The notes: generated by a model from the letters alone, not told the origin. DNA of 64,000 bases from Octopus bimaculoides (GCF_001194135.2 NC_068988.1:80626194-80690193), one strand, 5' to 3'. Positions 36,952 through 51,900 are shown, counted from the stretch's first letter. Made by a program: numbers and translations.

Positions 36952-39900
36952 TGGGCTTTTAGTTTTCATGTATCAAATCCACTCACAAGGCTGCAGTAGA
37001 AGACATTTGCCCAAGGTGCCATGCAGTGGGACGGAACTTATTGGGAAGCAAACTTCTTCACTAGACAGCTATACAAGCATCAAGGTATAATACAAATTGT
37101 ATTTTCTTGAATATTGTGATGAATGGAAGAATTTAAATTTATCGTAATTACTGTATAAAATACATCAAAAAAGTTCATCTATAGTAAACAAAGCAAAAAC
37201 ACACTTGAAAGTAACCTTTGAATACCACCAGTTTTGGTCATGGAAATTACATGTGTAAAATGTATGTGCATGTGAGTGTGCATGTACTCAATATTGTTTA
37301 ATGAAAATTGTATTTTCTGAGTTGGGGGTCTAACAACACAACAATTGCAAAACTTGAAGAATCTGCATACAAAATTAAAAACCTGAATTGGAAACTGTTT
37401 CCACATACTGAACCCTTTAAATATGAAGCTATATAAACACAATAACGAATGTGTATGTTCACATTACAAAGAATGATATCACACTAATAGATGTTTTAAG
37501 AAACTGTGCTGTTTTTAGTATATCTATCAAACAACCACTCATATTTTCTTTAAACAATACCCTACCGCCTTATGTATTGTATGTTTGTATAAGCCAACAA
37601 GTGAAACTTCTACATGACAGCTGGACATGTGAATAGCAACCAATCCTCTAAATTGCAGGCATCCATGTATTTGCTGACCAATGAGCAAAGCCTCTATCTA
37701 CATAGTGGCTAAATATGTTAGAAATAGCAGCCAATTCTCTCTCATATCACACCATGTGTCTCATATTAGATTGATAAAGTAGTTGGGCCTTGCAAAATAC
37801 CTGTCAGTTTTATTTAAAATGAAAGATTACCATTTTAAACTTTCTGATTTTTTAAACGTTTTTCACCATACTAATTTTTACTCTCTTCTATAAATATACA
37901 AATAAACAAGATGCAGGATTAGTGAGATGCTATTTTAAGCATATATTAATTCAGTTCTAGCCTGGCTAGCTATCACACAAATCAGTCAAACACTTTGGTT
38001 ACCTATACTGAAAATCATTTTACGACTTACTGATGACTACCTCCAGACATCCTGAGCAAAGGAAACCAAATCAGGTTGAAATATCACTTTCCAATCTACC
38101 GGCATTCTCAGTAAATACCTATGTCTTTTTCTATACACGAGTCTTTGTAAAGTTTCTCTGAGACAGCTGTTCTATATTAGTGCTGTTCCAGATTTGTATA
38201 TTGAACGCTAAGTAGAATGGATTACATTTCGCTAAGTTCTTCTCCTTTCAACAGTCTTACTAGGCAATGGTATATCATCAAAGCAGATTCTGCTCCTAAA
38301 GCTCTTTCTATAACCATCATAAAGTGGTCCATCAGTTTAATGCCACAATATCTGCCAATTTCTTTTCACCAGACAAATTAAGTTAACAAAGAAAAAAAAT
38401 GCCATACAAAATTTGCTAAACAACCAACCAACTATAAACATGCATGCAGGTCTCCACAATATCCTTATAATTGATTAGCAATTTTGAAATCAACATACTT
38501 TCATATGACTTTGCACTAAACCACTTAAATAACACTGATCTAGTTTTCTAAAAGTTTATTTTCTTCGATAGCTGCTACCCATCAATACTTTTACTCATCT
38601 CCAAAGTATTAACTTTTGATTTTAATGTTGTAAGCAGTAAGATGCCACTACATTCCCTATGCAATAGTATTCCTGTTTCTACTTCTTTCCAAACGCTGTA
38701 TTATGTCAGTTTCTGGGTACAATGAGCAACTTAAAAGCTTTCTTTTCACAGCTTTCCCAAACTGGTAGGAATATCCTTTACTGTTTGACCAATATATAAC
38801 TAGGTGTGGTTGAGTGGTATGAAGTTTACTTCCAAACTGCATGATCTCAGGTTCAGCACCAAGGCATGACATCTTGGGCAAGTGCCAACTATAGCCCTAA
38901 GCCAACCAAAGTCTTGAGAGTGGATTTGGTACACAGAAACTGAAAGAAGCCCATTTGTGTGTGACTGTGTGCATGTTATTGTCTCCTTGGCTTGACTTCA
39001 TGTAATAGTTGTAAACAAATGTCATTTTTATGCAAGCAGTGTTCTTCATTTCCAAATGTCAATGAAAATCTCTAGTCATGGAGTATATTACCTTACTTGG
39101 AAATTGAGGGTCGGCGACAGGAAGGAGATCCAACTACAGACAATCTGCCTCAACAAATTCCATCCAATCCATGCAAGCATCAAAAAGTGGACATTGAACA
39201 ATGAAGATAAAAGTAAAATACTTAAACACTGACAATTGGTTTTTTTTTCAACTTGAATGTATAAACAGTTATGGAGTCATATCAATAACCAGTGACAGGA
39301 TTAAAGAAAATAAAATTGGTGAATGATGAAAAGGGTATCAGATAATTGGATCTGAGACTATTGGACACGAGATTAATGTACATTTATCATATGCACACAC
39401 ATACTATACATCACTTGTATATATTTATATACATGCTTTTTTTTCTCCATGTTGGAATGGGCTGGACAAAGACATTGAGGCAGTATTCTACAACTGGATG
39501 CCTTTCTGTCACCAACTTCAGTTTTTATTTCTGAAATAAGGTATTTAATTCTACTGGTCTTCATACAAACCTGCTGAATCACAGAACACATTGTATACAA
39601 GAAATACATGCACCATTGCTTAAAAAGGAGTCAATGTGGATATAAGGGAACAAATACTTGCACATGAACCACACACACACATTTCATATACATACATACA
39701 TTACAAACATCTCAGTGTAAGTGATTTGAGAGGCAAACTGGGTATACAAGGCATCAGATGTAGTGTAAAAGAGAGAAGACTGCACTGGTACGGTCATGTA
39801 ATGTGTATGAATGAAGACAGTTGCATCAAGAAGTGTCGAGCTCTAATTGTGGATGGAACATGTGGAAGGGGTAGACCTAGGAAGATGTGGGACAAAGTGG

Positions 39901-42900
39901 TGATAAAAGATCTTCAGATGTTAGGCCTCACAGAGATAACAGGCGACTGAGACTTCTGGTGGCTTGCTGTACTTGAGAAGATATGTCAAGTTCAGTAAGT
40001 ACATGGTCGTTTGCATACAGGCATTACTAATCTTGCATGCCAGTACCACATCAAAGCACCCATGCCAGTGCCGCATAAAAGTACCCAGTACTCTCAGTAA
40101 AGTGGTTGGCTCTTGTCAAACAGTCCAACTCATGCCAGCATGGAAAACAGACATTAAATGATGTGTGTGTGTGTGTTTTTTTAACCATACAGCAATACCT
40201 GCACTTACACATGTTAAATATATGTATACGTGTCAACATATATGAACGTACATGTGCATATTATCATGCCTGTACTTGTACACATCACATAATAAACATG
40301 CCTTTGATTGGGTACCGAAAAGTAACAGGAAAGGTTCTCTGTGGGCCAAGTCTGTTGTAGTTCAGGCTTCCGCCACTCGAAGCCACTTGATGCGACCCTC
40401 AGGTATCAGTATGCCAACCAGTGTCAAGTGTAGTCCTACTACCACGTGGTGCATCTTTGCTTTGCAGTGCTTCTCTCCAGTTCATCAACTTTTGCGATGG
40501 CTGAAATGAAGGAACAGCGTACTTCCATGAAATTCTGCTTTCTGCTGGGGAAAACGGCAGCCAAAACAGTTGTCATACTTCAAACAGCTTACAAAGAGGC
40601 TGCCATGAGCAAAACAAGTTTACACGTGGTTTTCACACTTTAGGAATGGTCACTTGAAGACCAACCTCCTGAATGGATGAAAACATGAAAATTCATGAAC
40701 TGATCTTGGAGGACCATCACCAAACAATTGACAAACTTGTTGATATGACCAGTATGTCCTGGAGCTCCTGCGAACAAATTTTGAGCAAGGAATTGCAAAT
40801 GAAAAGTGTTGCAACAAAATTTGTACCTTGCTTGATCATGGAAGATCAAAAGCAGTCACGACTGAATGTCACAAACTGAAAGAACAGTTGGAAATTGATC
40901 CAGACCTTTTTCCGAAGGTCATCACTGGTGACAAAAGCTAGTGCTATGGAATTTGCAGATGTGGAAGAGGTGAAGAGAGAAAAAATTTAATGTATTAAAA
41001 AAGGCCTCACTTTGCAAGAGTTTCAATACTGCTTCGAACAGTGGAAAATACGTCTGGATTGATGCGTTGCTTTGAAAGGAGAATACTTTGAAGACAATAA
41101 AAGTGTAAACACATAAGACTAAATGAATAAAATAACATTGCAAAATTCCGGTTTCTCTTGGGTACCCCTTTGTACATAGCATTATATGAGAATGCCTAAG
41201 TTTAATGATTTGATTGGTTCCAAATATCCAGTTTGTGAGGGGCTAATTTACATACAAATAATGCTTTAAATAGTGACTGCATTCTTGCTGAGATCTGACA
41301 TTTTTGAAGTGTTAAATGTAAGGAACAATAAAATAATTTAGGCATAACCAATACTTTCATATCATTCACAGTAAACAGATCCTTTATAAACAATAAACAA
41401 TCACAAGTACTTTTTTTTTTTTCTATTTATCACTTAATGATCTTAGCTCCTCATATTTGGTTCAATGAAAGAAAGAGTTTATTGCTATGGCAGTCTTTTT
41501 AGTTCATAAATTCCTTGACACCAGGCATGACATTTATTTTAGTCTGCAACAATTTGTCTACTTCACACAAAACCTTTATATCTTGAAACTTTCAAATATG
41601 TGAAACAGCTTCATCTAATCCTTAAAGGATGAAGATAAAGAGGAATTCATGTTGCTTGATCTTTTCCAGATTTTTCACCGTGATCTTCCATTTCAAAGAG
41701 ATTTTATCATATAACTGAAATCTTGTAAATTAGTCACTGGAACATACAAGGTGTAACTAATTGTTGATATCGACAATCATCTCTCTCTCTCAATTTCAAT
41801 CATCTTTACTGATTCTACAAATACCTCTAAATTATTAATAACTTGAAAACATTTTTCCCAAAATATCTCATTTTTCTCTTCTCTTCATTCCACTCCTTTT
41901 ATATGCAATTAGAATATTGTATCATTTCCATCATTTAGTTACCTTCCTCATCAATAGCATTCATTAATTCATCAAATGTATGACAAAGAAAATATACTTT
42001 AAAGGTTGCAATAATACCTTGGTCTGTTGTTTCCAAAAGTTGGAGGCATAAACAATTTGAAGTTTAGATGCTGATATAGAGACAGTAGATGACAGGATGC
42101 ATTTTCTACAGTCAGTAGCAGATGAAATAGAATATTTTTGTCTTCAAAATATATATATATATATATTTTTTTTTTTTACTTGAGTTACAAAATGAATGCA
42201 AAATCCCATCACCAAATAATGAAGTTGTAACCCAAGCCTATTTGCTTTCTATAAGATTTCCATAAGTGTAGTTTTTACAAAGCCTTTAGTTGCTCTTTGA
42301 TTTAACACAACGCAGAAGCACAAATCTGAACTTAGTCTTCCTCCAAACAAGAAAAATGTTAACCAATTTTTAACAACTTTAAAACTTAGCATCAATAATT
42401 TCTTTTGCAACATTGCTTCTTGATGGAATGTGCTTTTAAAATATGCACATTTCATCTAAATTAACAGTTTGTAAGCTCATGTAGCTATATTCTATTATTT
42501 CTTTTAATTGTTTTTGTTTAAATTTGTTATTTCAGTGCCTGCACTCACAGCTTCCACTTACCAACGAGCTCATTTTTCACATCTCTAAAACCAGACATTA
42601 CATACAGTAAATGCGTTTTAACAGTTGGTTTTTTTTTTCTGGGTTTTTTTTAAGAACAGATGAACATTTATTACAAATAACATCTAGATTAATAGGCATG
42701 CCTAATTAGATTTTATTATTTTTCCATGTTGAATGCAAGGACTTTAATAATGAAATTAAAATTGCACTTTTAATTCATTCAAATATTTTTCTCTATCCAT
42801 TAAACCAAAGATATTAGTTGATGACTCAGAGAAAATTTTAATACTACATCTGCAATGGTTGTCCTGACTTTTTGTTTAAAGTTTTGCTTTTTTTTTTTGT

Positions 42901-45900
42901 TTTTAAAGTTTTACATTTCTTTATATTGGACCTAGAAACATTTACAATCTTTACAGTAACTGAACTTTTAAATACCACTAAAGATCATTAAGTATACATG
43001 TCTACATTAGGTACAAGATGTACATGTATACATAATATAACCAAAACCATAGCTGTAGATATATGGCTTTATGGTTAAAAAGTTAATTTTGCAACCACCT
43101 GGTTTCAGGTTCAGTTCATTGGGCAGCTGTCTACTACAGCCCTAGGTCAACTGAAACCATACAAGTGAATATGGTAGAGAGAGACTGAAAGAAGCCTATT
43201 GTGTGTGTGTCTCAGTGTTTGTTAACATTAGTGATCTACAAAAGTCACTTGCTACAAATGGTGTACTACTGTCAACAAATCAACTGCACATTTTGGACCT
43301 TTGAAGACTTGTGTTCAATAAGAAGTCTCTTACATGAAAAGCAGGCATGGATTAATGATAGGAAGGGCATCCAGCTGTAAAACAATGCCTGAATAATATG
43401 TATAACCCATGCAAACATGGGAAAACAAGACATAAATGATAACTGTCATTTGAAATCAAGTATGACATGATAACATGTATCATGCTTTCACTAATTGTTT
43501 TAGGTGCTTATATAGTCACAAACAGACATCCTTTCAGTCATTTTACGTTTAACCCAGCAGAACAACAAAGATGTGACAGCAGAGAGAAGAGAGGGTGGCA
43601 TTAAAACTCAGCTGATACTCATTTAAGTTTAGTGTACTGAAGCAATAAGTGCTTTGCCCAAGGACACATGTCTCCCAGTTCAGGAATCAGACCCATAACC
43701 TTATGATTGAGAGTCTAAGAGCCTAATCATCAGACCAGACACCACCACTGAACATAAATGGTATATATTTGTATGCATGTCACTTCTGCTCAAGCAAATA
43801 TACATACCAAATATGTACACACATGTATACATGCTATACACATATGAATAATATACTTATGTACCAGCATAGATGTGTGGTTACAAAGTTCACCTCACAA
43901 TAGGTCATCAGGTCCCATCACACACTGTGGTAACTTAGACAAATGTCTTCTACTATAGCCCTGAGTTGATTTGGTAGATGGAAACACTACAGAAGCCCGT
44001 CATATATCTTGTAAAACACTTAAAATATCTATACACACAAGTGTGTATGTCCCCACATCTTTACAGTCACACTGTTTGAGTAGTAACATTTAATTTTGTC
44101 TCCCATAGCTCAGCAATATTGTCTGTTTCAATACGAGAAAACCAACGGAATAATGAGGGTGGGCTGAAAAGTTCATAGGCTGGCTATGCAGGATTAATGA
44201 CAGAGCTGTGAAATTTTGCATCCATTAATTTTAACTCCTCTTATTAATGACTGCACCGTTTCTTTCCAGCTAAACTGAACTCTGACTGTTCAAAGAAGAC
44301 TTTAAAAGTAACAAGTAGCAACTACTCTTGAAAATCGACAAAATTTGGCACTGTGGGGTCACAAAGTACCTGCAGAAAAAGGCTTTAGCCCCCAAGGACA
44401 TTCATGTTAACATGCTACATTAGAGGAGGACACTATAGCTTTATCAGCAGTGTAAACGTGAGCAGCTGATTTTTGGAAGGAAAAGGGGGAGTCTTGAAGA
44501 TCAGCCAAGGTCTGGACCTCTGCAACCACTGAAGAAAACATTAACTGTGGTCACCACTTGGTGATGCATGACAAGTGATTGACTGTAAATCAAACAGCCA
44601 GTGCTATTAACATATGAGAGTTGGGAATATTCTGCACAATGAAATTGTCATAAGGAAGGTTTCTGCTTGGTGGATGCCACATCTTCTGATGCACATTTGA
44701 AAGTGCACCAGGCTGATCACATCATGGGAAAGTCTGACATTGTTTCAGGCAGATCCAGCTGGTTTCTTTGAATGATTTCTAACCCAAAATGAGTGTTGGG
44801 TTCATCACTTTGAGCTAGAGACAAAGGGACATCCATGCAGTGGAAACAACCCACCTCACCTGCTCAAAAGAAAGCCAAGTTTGCTTCATTTGCAGGGTGT
44901 GTGATGGCCTTAGTATTTTGGAGATGCAAAAGGCATTGTGTTTATCGACTTCAAAAGGGTCACACCATCAATAGAGTGTACTATGCCAAATTGCTGAGGC
45001 AGTTCCAGAAAGCTATCAAGACCCAAGAAAACTGACAAAAAGAGTCTTGTTTCATCAGGACGATACTCCAGCACACAAGTCCTTGGTTTCAATGGCTGCT
45101 GTGTATGACTGTGGCTTTGAACTGGTTGATCACTCTCCCTATTCTCCTGATTTCGCTCCATCTGACTATCATCTGTTCAACATGAAAAAACACTTAGCTG
45201 GGAACCAGTATTGCATTAATGATGATATCGTATCTATTGTTAACAGGATGAGAGCCAACAGGATGAGGCCAACAGGATGAGAGCTTCTTCACCAATGAGA
45301 TCCAAGCACTGCAACACTAATGGAATAAGTATGTGGAGTGCAAGGGGTACAATGTTGTAAAATAAACCTCATTTGGTCACATTCCATGAGTATTATGGTC
45401 ACCCTATGAACTTTTCAGCCAACCTCATAAACTACCTTAATTAAAGATAAAACAACATGAAGGGCAGCAGGCCCTACAATACTGCCTCAGTAAGTCTCAT
45501 CCAACCCTTGCTAGCATAGAAAAAGTTGACGTAAAAACTACCATACTGATACAGACATACACATAATATGCACAATAGACATGACTATATAAAAAGAAAA
45601 AATACATATATACATTTGTGAGTGCATCCTGCAAGTGTTTATGGTTTAAAACCTACTCTAGTTTATTCTAAGTCCTTTAATATCCCAAAATTTAACACTA
45701 TGACAATAAGTATCAAACAGGAGTCAATACAATTGAGAAGGCCATTGAAGATAATGCCCTAGCATAATTACAATCAACTAAATCAAACCAATTAGAAGAA
45801 CAATAATACAGAAACAATATGCACAAAAATATGCACAGAATATTCTTATACAAGCTGCTGTAGCAATGAAAAAAAAAATTGTCAAGTAGCAGCCATGTTT

Positions 45901-48900
45901 GCAAGGGAAATGAAATACAAAACCAACAGATTTTACAATCATTTCAAATATTCAGAATTACACGAGAGTCTAATGGCATAGAAAAAAGACTATTCACAAA
46001 TAGGTGTCTGTTGAACTTAGTTAAATTCCTTTTAGACGCAAAACATTTAATTACATTGTAACAGTTTACTTGTCCAGCCAAGTTCCCAACTGCAAATAGT
46101 AACTCAGGGTAATAATAGGCATGTTCTAATAGAATAGCTGACAACCACTTCCAACAGTTCCATTACCTAAGACTTTGCAAAATATTTGTTCTAAAATAAG
46201 AGACTCATCTTACTGAAATGTTGACAACTCAAAATAGAAATAAAACAGACATATATTTCACCAGTACAACTTTATATTTGATGTTGTAAGCACAATATAC
46301 AAACATTCAAATACCCTTAAAACCCAAGAAATTTAAATAGTAATTATTTTCAAAATAAACATGGAACTTTACGAAAAAGAAATTGAATGGTTGGAATTTA
46401 AAGAAATGTTAAACTAGAATTCAATAAATCACTTTCTACATAGTTTGCAAAATAGCTACATTACACCTGATTGTTTTACAAAGTCAGATCTGAACAGTAG
46501 GATCCATTTTTCTTCTAAGTCCTTCTAAACAAGAGACAGGGGCAACTGCACATGTTAAAACATTAAATCAGTCTGTTTGTGTAAGTTAATGATTAAGAGG
46601 AAACTGAGCAGGATGGGACTTCAAATGGATATGGCTATCGGAAGAAAGGATTGAGTAAAAAGTTTAACATTAAATTCTGAAGGAATACGACATAAATGTT
46701 GCATTTTTGGTTTGATGTACAGGAAGGGGTTGTGGCTACAGCCTTTGTAGGCGCTCTTTAACATTTTTCCTTTTGAACAGTTGCAAGACAATGGCTGTAG
46801 GAAAAACATGCAGGAAAGGAATTCCAGAGAGCTGACATTCTAGACAGGAAGGACTAGGTATGATGGTTTATACTCAGGAGTGTCTGAATAGAAGTTGCAC
46901 TAGACCAGCCAACTCTAAGCAGCAGGTGTCTCTATAGTAGTTGTTGAAAAAGTAGAGAGAAGACAGCATATCTGTGGACCAGATGTTGGCACATTCAACA
47001 AACTAGAGTAGTAAACAATAACTGTAGAAGAGACAAGATATTATTGGAAAGTAAAACAAGTAGAATTATTAAATAAAGGCCTTACCATTCTAGATTTACC
47101 TAAACAAGTGCATACACACAACCACCATCAATACTTGAACGATAACACTAAATATGGATAGAAGAATCAACTATTCATGGTTAAAAAAATTTTCACTTTA
47201 CAGAACAAGATCAAACTTTTGCAATGTTTTAGCCATGTGTGATAAGTGCTTACACCAAAAAAGAGCAGGTATTGTAAGGCTTGGCAATAGTTGAACATGT
47301 GGTATTAACCATGTTGGTAATTAGTGAATATAACATACCTCTTCGCAAGAATACATTTCTAAAAAGAAAAAACAAATCAGTTTACATTTCAAGTAAATTT
47401 TTAAATATTGAAGTATCTAGAGCAATTTAGCAAACTGTATTAATTGGTGTATGAAACTGGTGTTTGGGACACAGTAGAAAGTTCTTGCATTAAATTATGG
47501 AGGGTTATAATATATATATGAACACTTCTTACTTGTATTACTACGGAAAGATCATTAGAACAGATCTGTGGAGGGCTAGTGGAGGAGTGGATAAACTAGC
47601 TACATTTAATAACCTAGTGAATGTGCATGAATGTTAATATTTCATGCTTATCACCAATCGAGTAAAATGATGGCGACGTTGGCATTCCTTGTTGATATTA
47701 TGCATTCAAGATCTCTAAATTAAAAAAAATTCCTTTACAGAAAAACAAGTGAGGATTGGCAAAAGGAAGGGCATCCAGTTAAAAATCCTGCCTCAAGGTA
47801 GCATGGAAAGGCAGATATTAAACAAGTGATATTTAAAAATCTCTATCAAAAAATTGAAGACTTGGACAGCCTTGTAAGAAAAGAATGAAAGAGTCTTTAC
47901 ATCCTTAATCATTTAACTATGCTTATCTAAAGATGGCTCTTCTTGATTCAAATAGAGCCAGACTATCCGTCTCATTTCTTAACCCTTCAGCATTTAAACT
48001 GGCCATATCCGGCCAAAAGTATTCTGCTTGTTTTATGTTCAAACTGGCCAAATCTGGTCTCTCACACCAACCCTACAATATTGTTTTAAAAATTAACAGC
48101 TACCTCATCAAAATCTCATAGCTACAAGATAATGTATGATTAGTTTAAAACAATGTGGATGAAAAAGCATTAATTTTGGCAGAATAATGCAAACATTAAA
48201 GGGTTAAATGTCGATACTACAATGCTACTAACAATATCACCCTACTTCTGTATAATTTGAACAGTCTTACAACATAATGCTTCTCAACTACTTGACACAA
48301 TATTAACTAACCTATCACCTAATAACCTCAGTTGCTTGTTTGCAATCCTAAACCCATTTTCTTGTCACCTTATCCCCTATCACAATGCTTAATATGCAAC
48401 TTGCAAGCCCTCCTCCACAACTGGTCAGCACAAGGTAACATCTCACTTTAGCATCATAATTCTCTAGGGATTTATTGTGAACATATTTCACAATTGATCA
48501 TATATCTTGTCACAAACTTTAATTTCCTTAACATGCTATGGTTAAGAAAATGTAAACCAGAGATTTAACACCGATTGCCAACAACTGATTTTCAGATGAT
48601 AGGTATACTGTAAAAGAGTTCTATCACCAAAGACTGTGAAAATAAATTACAAATATTAGCTGAGTTTGACTTTCAAATAACATTTTAATATACAAAAGAA
48701 CAATTCACCAAGCACTGCTAATCTACTCCAAAACTAGTGAATTGATGTAGCTATGATCAATTTAAACACCAAAGGTCAATGCTTGATGAAAAATGAGAAG
48801 TGATTCTAAAGGATTGCAATACTGGAGAAGGATGGCAAAATATTGTTTCCAATGTGAGTAGGGGACATTAAGGATACAATAAAGAGAAAAGCAGACACAT

Positions 48901-51900
48901 TTGCTAGATGTAGAAGAAAAGTATACGAGTAAAAAAAAAATTAACAGAATTAAAGAGCAATTACTGTATTGACTATTAACTAGACGATCATTTTGTTTAA
49001 CATTTGTCTTTACTGTATTTCTGATGAAATACACTGCCTAATGAAGAATTTAGTTTGAAGCATAAATTAATATGAAATTTTGAAGGAAGATTTTAATTTA
49101 GATTATTTTAAAGCGGGTAGTTTGTATCATAAAACCAGGCGGGTAGGTCGCAAGAGGATAAAAGCAGAGCAAAATACGTGCAACAACTACACCATCCCTG
49201 ATATACAAGCAACTTGTAGTGGTTAGAAAATGTTAAAAGCTGAGGGGAAAACTAACCTCTGGAATTCACTCTAAGAATTGTGTACAGTAGATGTGAACCA
49301 AAAAAAATGAAGTTAAATAACATTTATGGAAAATAAAGGGTGTATTTTCTTATCTTTCATATCCCAGACATCAACCTTTTCTTTCTTGAAATACAATCAT
49401 TTCATACCAACTTCTAATGCTATTTCATTTAGTTCTTATCACATGCTTTTATTGCTCAAATTGTAAATTCTATGTTGGCATAGTTTGGACATTTTATTCA
49501 GCAGAGGGCTTTATCTTTTAACAATATTGGCTTAAAATATCAATCACACCATGAACTGACATGTTTCCAATCTGTAGTATACTTTGGAATATGCTACTTT
49601 TCACAATAGATTACCTTTATTGTAGCTTAGAGGAGTTACATCAACTTTACAAAGGAGTATGCAAGTAAAAGAAACCTAAGCAGAGAGAAACACTGATCAA
49701 AAATATTTTTTTAAATAGTGTAAAGTATAGCACAGGAAAGGGAACAGGATGAGTACAGGAGAGTTAAGGATTTACACAAGAGTAACTCAGACTGAGTGAC
49801 AGAGATTGTAGTGACACAGGATGATGTACAAGCAAAAGTAAATATTTGTTCATTGCAAATAAAGAGAATAAGACATAAATGATCAGTCTCTTACACTGTA
49901 ACAAGATACATCCATTTATAATATGGTATCAGTTAAGTAACATTATAGATAATTAGTAAGTAGGCAAGAGATTGCAATGACAACAATGTGAAAAGATAGA
50001 CTGAAAAGTAAAAACAGTGGTGTTAGCTTTCCAAATACAAGCAGAATAAATCCAGCTTTTAAAAAGCCAACTTCAAGTTTTAAGTCCTTCACTGATCGAC
50101 GAAACAGAATTGAAAACCCGCCATGCTTGAGTAGAAGACCCATCAAGCCAAGTGAAATTGTAGTCATGGCAGATATTAGTGTCGTGTTGACGGCACATTA
50201 AAAAACACCCATTACACTCTCAGAGTGGTTGGCATTAGGAAGGGCATCCAGCCATAGAAGCCATGCCAAATCAGACTGGAGTCTGGTGCAGCCCCTCAGC
50301 CCTGGTCAAACTGTCCAACCCACAACAGCATGGACAGCGGACATTAAATGATAATGATGAATAGTGACAAAAACAAGATATTGTTGCATCCCTAAAACAC
50401 ACAATATTGTGGCTGTCTCAATTGATACATGCATTCTACTTTGTTAACAGGAAAAACTAAGCGTCAAAGAGAATCTACTAACTATGCCAACCTAACAGGA
50501 AGGCTATCATCACAGAATATCATGAACTTTCTAAAATATCCAATTTATATCCTTACTAATATGCTGACCTGTTCTTTTTGAAAGGTTCTAATATAAAGAA
50601 AGAACAAAAATGGGAGGATGTGTAAATTCAATAGAAAAGATACTAATTTTTTTCTTGTCCTAAATTTACCAATATGACTAGTTTTGACAGATAATCCAGG
50701 AGTATAATCAAATAAAAATACAAATGTTTTAGACTAATTGATAAGGTGGTTACAAGTCCAAAAGTCAGGAAAGTAAAGATTAAAGCTCATTGTCTTCATT
50801 GAGTTAAAATTGAAACACACTTTTAAAGTATTAAACTTCAGGAATTAGCAAACTTTTAACGATGGTAGATTTAAGCCTTTTTATTTCACAACTATTACAA
50901 TTTACTATATTCTATTTCAGTAGGGCTTTCCTGAAAATGTAGATTTTTTTTACATTAGTGCTAGGAATAATAGCATAACAAGGTAAAACATGCTCCAACA
51001 ATGTAAGAAGTAAAAACTACTTTCCCGTTAAGCAGACACAATTAAGGATTAATTTGAGTAGAGCACAACAGCTTTCTTCCATTGGGGAAGACCAATTATA
51101 CTTTATTTTTAGGATAACAGTGAATTGTTCAAAGTGAATTGCTGCACCATAAAACTCTTAACAAAAAAAAGTCCTTTTCAAAGTTAAGGCGACATATAAT
51201 ACATGTTATTCATGCCATTACCAAAAAATCCGGGTTGCTTGGATTTACATTACTCTGATCATCCACCCACCTCTACCTTCCACTACATGTGATAGTATAT
51301 TCATGAAATACAAAGTACTATAAAGTTTTTGAGACAATACAGGCCTCAAAATTTTGATGCATTTTACACGAAGATTTTTTTTAAAGTGTAAACGTGCAAT
51401 AAGTAAATTCCAGTAAAAAGGACTGAAAAAAATACTTGGACGAAGTCTAAGGGATCTTCAGTGTAACAAATCAAACAGTACAATATATTTAACATATAAC
51501 AGCTTTGTACAGTTACAGTAACAATACACCATAGTTATTTTTTCACACTGGCCAGTAAATAACTGATGCCTAACATTTTATTATTATTTCAATACACAAG
51601 ATGAACAGCAATGTTAACCCAGGTAGCAATTGAAGTCAAGTTATATTGGGATGTAAGCACCCTTGTTTTCTGTTATATTAATTATAATTCTCACTGGTAT
51701 CTGGCCACAACTTTGTAAGGAAAAGATATTGTCACAGAATTGATTCCAACAGATACCTGGATAAAGAAAAATGGTGAAAACAGCCCCATGTGATTTGAAA
51801 TTATGTGATGAAATTATTCTAACACATCATAGCCCTGTCTTAGTCATTCACCTTTAACCAATCCAAAATAATTGAAATAGCATGTTGAAAACAATATGCC

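Noticed and set aside
45700-46140. Coding-looking stretch (…[16 protein letters not shown]…)
   Set aside because: Multiple stops in the frames examined and no identifiable family; possibly an old transposon
46780-46860. Plus-strand AG...GT exon-like segment of about 77 nt
   Set aside because: All three frames contain stops and no other plus-strand exons were found
51700-51780. Strong minus-strand acceptor followed by GT (ccatttttctttatccag|gtatct), a possible ratchet point in intron 1
   Set aside because: The regenerated donor GTATCT is weak and the segment may be repeat-derived; it cannot be supported without nascent-RNA saw-tooth data
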